Source of the DNA: Acidobacteriota bacterium
Lineage (GTDB): Bacteria; Acidobacteriota; CAIWXX01
Reading direction: 5' to 3'
Length of the DNA stretch: 64,000 nt
Assembly: GCA_040755995.1 (NCBI GenBank)
Contig: JBFMAF010000036.1
Span: forward strand, 256,001 to 320,000
Numbering within the stretch: position 1 is the first letter of the stretch; every line of letters begins with the position of its first letter. Below, in pieces: positions 8,907 to 17,100 of this stretch. The translations under genes and the position numbers were made by a program. A model generated the notes under the pieces. It ran no database searches and was not told where the DNA came from. It saw only the letters and a program-made list of their open reading frames with translations.

Positions 8907-10286
8907 TCATCCTCCTTGGGGCTCCTTCTCCACTCTGTCCGCGACGCTCAACGCCCCAGCGGGCGCGTCGCCGGCGACGCTCAGCGCGCCGGATGTCGCG
9001 GCCTGCTCGGCCATCGAGACCCAACCGCGCTCGACCGATCCCAGCCGGGCCTGGATCGCCGCGACCGCCTGGCGCGCGGCAGCACGCACGCGGGGCGGAC
9101 TTCCCTTCTCGATCTCCATCAGCTCCGTCACATCCGCCGCCACCCCGCGCTCCCCCAGCGACTCGATCGCCGCGAGCCTCACGGCCGTCTCGTTGTCGCG
9201 GAGGACCTCCAGGAGCGTCTCGTGTGCCCGTGGGTCATCGAACCGTCCGATTGCCCGCGCCGCGGCGGCCCGAAGCGCGGCTCCACGGCGGCTCCTGGTG
9301 ATCTCACAAAGCACCGGGACGCTGGCCGAGTCGCGCCACTCCGCGAGGGCTGCGACAGCCGCTATTGTGACATCGTCCTGCGCGCTGTCGAGTGTGGCGC
9401 GGATGAAGGTGAGTGTCCTGTCGCCGCCCAGTGCCTTCAGCGCGCGAACGGCCTGGATCGCATGGGGCGTGGGAGCCGCCATCGCGGCGGCGGCGAGCCG
9501 CGGAATCCCGCGCTCACCGAGGGCCCCGGCAGCCGGCACGGCAATCGACCAGTCATCTTCGGATGCGGCTCTCTCCAGCGCCGTCTCGATTGACGGGGAC
9601 CGGTCCATGCGCAGAAGCAACTCCAGATTCCGGCGCCGAACTGTCGGATTGGAGTCGCCAAGCATGTTGTCGATGAGAAGCTGCTCGACGCCCTGCCAGC
9701 GCCCGAGCCTTTCGCTGAGCTCGGCGGCAGTCTGGAGCATCGCGATCAGATCGCCGGGCTCCGGAACGAGATCCGAGACATCCCGGTGCAGAGCGCCGCC
9801 GGTGATCTCCCAACCCTCGATGCCCACGAGCTGTCTCATCAGTTCGCGCGTCCTCATGTCCAGCAGGCTTATGACTGCGCCTTCGGAGTCACCGGAGATG
9901 AGGACCATGTCGTCGAATTCGCGATCCCCGGTCTGGGTGTCGTCGCCGGCGAAGACTCTCCTGTGGCCCGAGCCCCCGCCCTCGCGTGTGGCCTGGATCG
10001 CGTGCGGAATCCCGTTCGGCGGGCTGACCGTGAGGATTGTCCGCGCAACGTTGCCCTCCCAGGTCGGATGGGTGGCAAGTCCAACGCTGACACTCTGTCC
10101 TCGGACCGTCCCCGACATCTTGGGCCACCTTGTGCCATGCAGCCAGTCGGTGCCGCCGAGGATGACCAGGCCGAGGCTCCTCGCCTCCTCATCCAGCGGG
10201 CGCGCAGCCGGCCTCCTCAGGATGTTGTATGCCGCGAGAAACGCAGCGGCTACGGAAGCCAAAATGATGATGGAGGTGTCCAGCAT
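8907..10286 (-). CDS. Membrane-anchored HEAT-repeat protein (paralog 1)
   Basis: N-terminal TM helix; repeats such as AVRLAAIESLGERG; collinear with 11162..12580. Confidence 0.8.
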   Translation of the reverse strand: MLDTSIIILASVAAAFLAAYNILRRPAARPLDEEARSLGLVILGGTDWLHGTRWPKMSGTVRGQSVSVGLATHPTWEGNVARTILTVSPPNGIPHAIQATREGGGSGHRRVFAGDDTQTGDREFDDMVLISGDSEGAVISLLDMRTRELMRQLVGIEGWEITGGALHRDVSDLVPEPGDLIAMLQTAAELSERLGRWQGVEQLLIDNMLGDSNPTVRRRNLELLLRMDRSPSIETALERAASEDDWSIAVPAAGALGERGIPRLAAAAMAAPTPHAIQAVRALKALGGDRTLTFIRATLDSAQDDVTIAAVAALAEWRDSASVPVLCEITRSRRGAALRAAAARAIGRFDDPRAHETLLEVLRDNETAVRLAAIESLGERGVAADVTELMEIEKGSPPRVRAAARQAVAAIQARLGSVERGWVSMAEQAATSGALSVAGDAPAGALSVADRVEKEPQGG

Positions 10287-10448
10287 CTCGAAATCGCTCT
10301 GGCCCGATGATAGCACAGAAGCGGACATCACCCATGCATCTTGCCTCTTGCCTCGGCCATTCTGGAATCCTTGCGCCGGCTCGACGCGACCCGTCGCCTG
10401 TGACACAATAGCGCAGATATGGCCGGACGCACGGAAAGGAGCGGCGCC

Positions 10449-11090
10449 ATGCTGAGCTTCGCCGAGGAGATACTGCTGCTCGCGCTGGATAGTGAGACGG
10501 GCGAGATCAAAGAGCTTCCGTCATTCTCGCTGGACGGGGCATTGGCAAGCGCCGTGCTCCTGGAGCTCGCGTTCATGAACCGGGTGGACTACGACCAGAC
10601 GAGCCTGCGCGTCATCGACACCACCTCGACCGGCAACCTCGTCCTCGACGGCACGCTCCGCGCGCTCGACCGCCGTGGCAGCGAATGGCCCATCTCGGAC
10701 GCACTCTACTTCCTCTCGGAGCAGGCACTGGCCATACGCGAGCGGATCCTCGGACGCCTCGTGGCCTCGGGCGTTGTGAAGATGGTCGACAAGAAGGTCT
10801 TCTGGGTCTTCGGACGAACCCAGGTCCCATCGCACGACGGGCGCGAAACGAAGGAGATAGGAACACGACTGCGAGACTTGATACTCTCGGACACGATCCC
10901 GGATCCGCGCGACGCGGTGCTCGTGTCTCTCGTCGATGCCTGCGCAATGTGGGACGAGGTCTTCTCGCCCGCAGAGCTCGATCAGGTCCGCGCCAGGATC
11001 CAGACTCTCGCCCGAATGGAGCTGATGGGACGAACGCTCCGGTCGCTCCTCGTCCGCCTGAACGGCGCCGGGTTGATGCGGCGGGGCTGA
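10449..11090 (+). CDS. GPP34 (Golgi phosphoprotein 3-like) family protein
   Basis: MLSFAEEILLLALD, LASAVLLELAFMNRV, IPDPRDAVLVSLVDAC; AAAGGA RBS. Confidence 0.85.
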   Translation: MLSFAEEILLLALDSETGEIKELPSFSLDGALASAVLLELAFMNRVDYDQTSLRVIDTTSTGNLVLDGTLRALDRRGSEWPISDALYFLSEQALAIRERILGRLVASGVVKMVDKKVFWVFGRTQVPSHDGRETKEIGTRLRDLILSDTIPDPRDAVLVSLVDACAMWDEVFSPAELDQVRARIQTLARMELMGRTLRSLLVRLNGAGLMRRG

Positions 11091-11161
11091 ATCGCACGGG
11101 GCCGGACTCCGGAGCCGAAACACCCCGGCGATGTGCGAGCGTGGGCGCATGCCTTGCGCCC

Positions 11162-12580
11162 CTACGAGCCAAGACCCCGCGTTTCGCGGCGCCGCGCCTT
11201 CTCCAGGCGAGGCCCCGGGGCGTCCAGGCTCAGGGATCCTTCCGGCGCCGCGGTGTCTACGCTCAAGGCGCCCTCTGTCGCCGTCTCCTCCGTCATCGAC
11301 ATCCAGCCCCGCTCCACACGCCCCAGCCGCCCCTGGATAGAGGCCACGGCCTGACGAGCCCACGCGCGCTGGCGCGACGAGCCGCTTTTCTCGATATCGA
11401 GCAGGTCGGCGACTTCCTCCGCCGCGCCGCAGCGCGCGAGCGACCGGATCGCCGCCAGCCTCACATCTTCCTCCTCGGCGTGCAGCGCCCCGACGACAGC
11501 GGCACGGGCTTGCTCGCCCTGAAAATGTCCAAGGGCCGTTGCGGCCGCAGCCCGAGTCGCGGTGCTGCGCGGGCCGCTCACGATGTCGCAGAGAGCGGCC
11601 AGGCTTACCTCATGTTTCCGTTCTCCGGCCGCCAGCGCGGCGGCGGTGACCACGCGGTCGCTCCGGTGCTCGAGCGCGTCGTGAACGACGGCCATCGCCT
11701 CATCGCTCCCGATCTCTTTCAAGGCGAGTATGGCCTTGATCGCGAGCTCCTCAGGGGCCGAGATCGTGGCGGCGGCGAGCGCCGGCAGGCCGCGCTCGCC
11801 GAGCGCTTCGGCGGCCGGGACGCTGATCGTCCAGGAGTTGCTCGACGCTGCTTTCACAAGGGCATCCTCGATTGCGGGCGTGCGCTTCAGCCGCACCAGC
11901 ATGTCGAGGTTGCGCCGTCGAACCTGAGGATTCGGTTCGCACTGCAGATTCTCGATCAACTGCTCTGCGACGTTGCCGCCGCGCCCAAGCCGTTGGCTTA
12001 GTGCGACAGCGCGCTCGACGTAGTCCACGATCTGGCTCGAGTCTGTGGCCAGGTCGGTGATGTCCTTCCGGATGCGTTTCCCCCCGATCTCCCAGCCTTC
12101 GCTCCCGATCATCTGCCTCATCAACAGGCGCGTGCCTGAGCTCATGAGGCTCACGATTGCTGCTTCGTTATTACCCGTAATGTTGATGAGGTTGTCGAAG
12201 TCGGCGTCGCACAGTTGCAGATCCTGGCCGGTGAACATCTTCTTCAGTGCAGTATCCAGGCCCTCTCTTTGCACCTGGAGCTGGTAAGGAACCCCGCCGG
12301 GCGGGCTCACGCGCAGCATGAGCCGGGTGCGGTTCCTGTCCCTCCCCAGCCGACTCTTCCGCGGCACAGCCTCGATGACGACTTCCTGGCCATGGAGGAC
12401 GCCGCGAATCTGTGGCAAGCCGTTCATGCGGGGCCACCTGGAGCCGGGCGAAGGAACGAATCCGAGCGACGCGGCCGCCTGCAACAGGACCCGTTCGATC
12501 TGGCGATGCCTCAGATAGCGATAGAGCACGGCGAGCGCCGGGATCCCCAGGCCGATCAATAGTGGGACAAAGCCTTCCAT
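11162..12580 (-). CDS. Membrane-anchored HEAT-repeat protein (paralog 2)
   Basis: N-terminal TM helix; DVRLAAIRSLARCG repeats; collinear with 8907..10286. Confidence 0.8.
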   Translation of the reverse strand: MEGFVPLLIGLGIPALAVLYRYLRHRQIERVLLQAAASLGFVPSPGSRWPRMNGLPQIRGVLHGQEVVIEAVPRKSRLGRDRNRTRLMLRVSPPGGVPYQLQVQREGLDTALKKMFTGQDLQLCDADFDNLINITGNNEAAIVSLMSSGTRLLMRQMIGSEGWEIGGKRIRKDITDLATDSSQIVDYVERAVALSQRLGRGGNVAEQLIENLQCEPNPQVRRRNLDMLVRLKRTPAIEDALVKAASSNSWTISVPAAEALGERGLPALAAATISAPEELAIKAILALKEIGSDEAMAVVHDALEHRSDRVVTAAALAAGERKHEVSLAALCDIVSGPRSTATRAAAATALGHFQGEQARAAVVGALHAEEEDVRLAAIRSLARCGAAEEVADLLDIEKSGSSRQRAWARQAVASIQGRLGRVERGWMSMTEETATEGALSVDTAAPEGSLSLDAPGPRLEKARRRETRGLGS

Positions 12581-12712
12581 CTGGCTACGGCTCCGCGATC
12601 TGCCGCAATCATAGCATACGGATTCGCCCGCACGGGAAGTGGGTCGCGCCCTCACGCCCTCACCCCCCCGCTGGTGCGAATGTGGGGTGGTCGGAGGTAT
12701 GATGGGCGCGAG

Positions 12713-13636
12713 ATGGAAGCGAATGCCCGCGGGTCCAGAGTGCCGCGGCTGCTCGGCCTCGTGATCGGCATCGCGGCGGTATCATCGGGTTCGGTGCTCG
12801 TCCGTTTCGCGCAGGCTGAGGCACCTTCTCTCATCATAGCCGCGGCAAGGCTCGCGCTGGCATCCGCCGTGGTCGTTCCACTGGCGTGGGTTGCGCACAG
12901 GCGCGAGTATCGCGCGCTGGCGCGCTCGGAATGGGCGCTGGGAGCGCTTTCCGGTCTCTTCCTCGCGTTGCACTTCGCGACATGGATCACGTCGCTGGAG
13001 CTCACGACCGTGGCGTCTTCGGTCGTTCTCGTCAGCTCGTCGCCGTTGTTCGTCGCGATCGCTGCGCGGCTGTTCTTGAAAGAGCGGATCCGGCCGGCTG
13101 TGGGCGTAGGGCTGGCAGTGGCGATTGCGGGCGGAGTGGTGGTCGGCGCGAGCGACTCGGGCGGTGTTGCGCGCGATGCCCTTCTCGGCGATGGGCTCGC
13201 GCTGCTCGGCTCGGTTGCCGTCGCGGGATACTGGCTGATAGGGCGGCGGCTCAGAACGAAGCTGTCGGTCGTGCCCTACGTCGCGGTGGCTTACGGCACG
13301 GCTGCGGCCGTACTGCTGGCGATGGCCATGTCAGCCGGGCAGCGTTTCGGCGGGTACAGCCCGCGCATCTATCTCTGGTTCGTACTGCTCGCCCTCCTGC
13401 CGCAGCTCCTCGGCCACTCCTCATTCAACTGGGCACTCGCTCATCTGCCGGCGACCCTGGTTGCCATAGCAACGCTCGGCGAGCCCATTGGCGCATCGAT
13501 TCTCGCGTATGCCGTGCTGAACGAGGTGCCCTCCGCGCTCAAGATCGCTGGTGCCTCGCTTATCCTCGCAGGCATTGTCGTCGCTTCGTGGCCGGGCCGG
13601 CCGGGCAGTGAGTGGAGAGCAGAGAGTGGAGAGTAG
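12713..13636 (+). CDS. DMT/EamA family transporter
   Basis: LALHFATWITSLELTTVASSVVLV, PQLLGHSSFNWAL, LGEPIGA. Confidence 0.9.
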   Translation: MEANARGSRVPRLLGLVIGIAAVSSGSVLVRFAQAEAPSLIIAAARLALASAVVVPLAWVAHRREYRALARSEWALGALSGLFLALHFATWITSLELTTVASSVVLVSSSPLFVAIAARLFLKERIRPAVGVGLAVAIAGGVVVGASDSGGVARDALLGDGLALLGSVAVAGYWLIGRRLRTKLSVVPYVAVAYGTAAAVLLAMAMSAGQRFGGYSPRIYLWFVLLALLPQLLGHSSFNWALAHLPATLVAIATLGEPIGASILAYAVLNEVPSALKIAGASLILAGIVVASWPGRPGSEWRAESGE

Positions 13637-13644
13637 AGAGTAAG
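13610..13644. repeat. 5 degenerate tandem heptamers (GAGTRGA)
   Basis: gagtgga gagcaga gagtgga gagtaga gagtaag, spanning the DMT stop codon. Confidence 0.65.
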
Positions 13645-13863
13645 AGACTTGGGGCCGTGCGAGTTTGAGGACGAGGTCGACGAGGCAATCCCCGGATCGG
13701 TTCGAGGGGATGTAAAGAAGAAAAAGAAACGGTGACCCCCACCTTCGAAGTGTGGTATGCGTTCACCATGACAAGCAGCAACAGGGGGCATTGCTGTGAC
13801 AGGTGGTTTCACCAAATCCAACTTAATGAGAGCCGAGATTAGAGAGCAGAGGAAGGGGGCGCG

Positions 13864-14136
13864 ATGGTAGATCGGTTCCGCAGGTTGAATGCATGGGGAC
13901 AGAGCGCAATCATACTCGTTACGCTCGCGGTAGTGGCCGGCTGCTACATCGGTGGCCGGCGGCTTCTGTCGCAGGCGTCGCAGTTTCCTGCTCCAGACCA
14001 GGACGCGGCCAAGGGTGGGCCGCCGCACTCGGTGGAGATCACGAGCGCGGCCTGGGTGCCAACGTGGTTCGCTGACACCACCACGTTCACCGGAGACGTG
14101 GTGGCCAGGGCCGATCATGGGGCGGAATGTACGTAG
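13864..14136 (+). CDS. Probable N-terminal (signal/TM) segment of the RHS protein, separated by a frameshift
   Basis: GGAAGGGGG RBS, charged N-terminus plus hydrophobic helix; overlaps the RHS ORF by 10 nt in another frame; the RHS ORF itself has no signal peptide. Confidence 0.6.
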   Translation: MVDRFRRLNAWGQSAIILVTLAVVAGCYIGGRRLLSQASQFPAPDQDAAKGGPPHSVEITSAAWVPTWFADTTTFTGDVVARADHGAECT

Positions 14137-17100
14137 TCCACGGGGAGCTGAGGCTCACCCAGGGCGGTCAGCTCATCAGGTCCTGGCTCGAGATTAGGAA
14201 AGCGAGACCGGATCCAAATGGCGAGCTGCGTCTACAGTTCCAGTGGGCATGGGACGGCACCGATGCTCTCGGCCGGCCCGTGGGAGACGGGGCGAAGAAC
14301 TGGACCTTCCGCGCGAAGTTCCGTGGCGCCACTGATACCGAGTCTGGTGTCGTCGGGGTAGACAGACTGCCTCCGACCATATCGATCGAGCAGCCGGAGG
14401 AAGGGCAGATCACCGGGGCGTCGGTGGCTGTGTCTGTGACCTGGAGCGATGCGCTGAGCGGGATCGATGTGAGCACCGCCAGTGCGACGCTTGACGGTTC
14501 GCCGGTCTCGGGGCTCACGATCGATGGGAGCGGCGCGCACGGCACACTCGAAGGTGTCGCCGGCGGTCCGCACACGCTGGGCGCCTCCGTGGCGGACTTC
14601 GCCGGGCACAAGGTCACCGCGACGAGAGATTTCGTGACAGATCGCACGGCGCCGGTACTCACGATCAACCAGCCGGGAGGGCAGATCAGCGGTTCGACAG
14701 TACCAGTCGACATAACCTGGCAGGATTCGCCTGCCGGCATCGACGCCACCACAGGCGTAGTAGAATTGGACGGCTCGCCCACCTCGGGCCTCACCATTGA
14801 CGAGGCAGGCGCGCGCGGAACGCTCGAAGGTGTCACCGGAGGTCCGCACTCGCTGAGCGCGTCGGTACGTGACCAGGTAGGCAACGAGGCATCGGCGTCG
14901 AGCGGCTTCGAAGTGACAACCGGCCAACCTGGTGTTCAGAAGACGAGCATCGTGGGGACGGTCGCCGATTCTACCGGTGCGCAGCTCGCCGGTGTGGAGG
15001 TGTGGAGCCCAGCCGCGAGCCAAGCGGTGACCACGGACGCTGCGGGCCGCTTCCTGATCGAGATGACCTCTGCTGGAACGCACTGGCTCACTTTCGAAAA
15101 GGAGGGCTGGATACCCGTGCAACGCCCGGCGCCCGTGCCCGAGGGCCAGCACTTCAACATCGGCGAAGTGCGAGTGGTTGCCGCTGACCCGCAGATCACG
15201 ACCATCGGCCCAGCAGGTGGCACGGCGACGGACTCAAGCGGTGATGTGGAACTGATCGTGCCGCCCGGCGCACTCCCGGAGGCTGTCGAGATACGCCTGA
15301 CCCACATCCCCACGTCGAAGGAGCTGCCGGGGCCACTGAACGCCTCAGACAACGTTCAGTTTCCGATCAGCTATACATTCTGCGTCTATCTTGAGCCCTA
15401 TGGCACTGCGTTCTCGCAAGCAGTGACCCTTCGGTATCCGAACCGATGGGGCTTCGCTGCCGGCCATCGGATCCCGACGGCCCTCTGGGACCAATCAGCC
15501 AACAAGTGGATACCCGACGGAGGGCACATGATCGTCTCGCAGGACGGTGCGACGATCCAGAGTCAGCTCACCTCGTTCTCGCTGCCAGGTCAACGCAGCA
15601 CATTGGCGCGCACGGCCAGAGGCGTCGAACAACAAGAACCGCCCAAGGGTGTGGCGAGGGACGCCAACGCGGGCAACGGCGGCCCGGGTACCGGAGCGAA
15701 GCCGGGCCAGGCGAAACCGCCTGATCCTTGCCAGTCCAAGGGCTCGATCGTGCGTGTCGCCTCATCGAGCTACTCGAAGAGCGTCTCGCTCCCGGCCACC
15801 ACGTGTCTCGGGTCCAACACCGCGCTGAGCTTCACGTACCGCAGTGAGACCGCCTCGCCGCATGCCCTGGTGAGAACGGCTACCTGGTTTGGTCCCGAAG
15901 CTTCAACCATGCTCAACTGGCGGTACTCTGTATATGTCAATGGTCGGCGCAGTGATGTGATCTTTCAACCGCTGACAGAGAATCAGATCCTGAACTACGT
16001 GTGGGACGGCAGAAACGGACTGGGCGATCTCTCGCCGACGGGGCTTTACACTTACAGGGCCGAAGTCGGTGCGCGGTACGATGGGTACTACACGAACGAA
16101 GAGACGTGGGGCGGGATGCCTACGGGATTGATCTCGGCGAGATCGGGAGAGCCGGTAGAGAAGCGCTTCTTGCTGGAGGACGAGCTGGCGCTGGTCAACG
16201 GAGTCGACAGCCCGTTCGGCTCCGGCTGGCATCTTTCCGGTGTACCACGGCTCTTTCTCCAAAATGACGGCAAGGTCCTCGTGGTTGAAGACGGATCGCC
16301 GGGAACCGTCTACTACCCGTGGATCAACTACGCGCGGATCAGCGAAGGTGCCTCCGTAGCAGGGGTGCGGAACGAGGGCTACCCCGGCCAGGGAGACAAG
16401 CGGAACATGATCGGCTACCACGGAACCGGGGCGAAGTTCGCAGGCGTGCCCGAGGAGATCGACTATCGGGATTCGTTCATGTTCAACTCGAGCAGCGGAC
16501 CTTATGACTGGGTGGTGCTGGACCTCGGAGAGGAGCGGGAGATCGACACGATCGGACTCTCGTTCAAGGTGGCGTTGACACCGAACGCGATTGTAAGCGC
16601 CCCGATCATCCGGATATACACTTCGCTCGACAATCAGAACTGGTCGCTCTGGTCCGAGGCATTCGAGGAGACGCTGGAAAACGCGATGCCCAGGAAGCTG
16701 AGCTCACCGTACCTGGCAACGCACGCCTCTCCGGAGACAGCGCGCTACGTCAAGTACGAGGTGCAGCCGCCATTTGAGAGAGGCGTCAGCGCGCAGACAC
16801 TCATCTACCGGCTGTATGCCTTCGGAGCATCCGACCGCTACGGGACGGGGGAGAACGGCCAGGAAGAGGACTACCCACGGCTGCGCCGGCTGCAGGCGGG
16901 AGGCTGGGAGCAGACCGAGCGCGACGGGACTGCATGGGTCTACGATCAGGCAGGGCTGCTCCAGTCAATCGCCGATTCCCACGGCAACACCACCATCTAC
17001 GGTTGGACCGACGGATTGCTGACACGCATTACCGATCCCGCGGGCGGGTTCACGACACTGGACTATGCGAGCGGGAAGCTGTCGGCCGTCACTGACGCAG

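Noticed and set aside
13660..13740. tRNA suggested by GGTTCGAG
   Set aside because: No cloverleaf stems or CCA end could be built.
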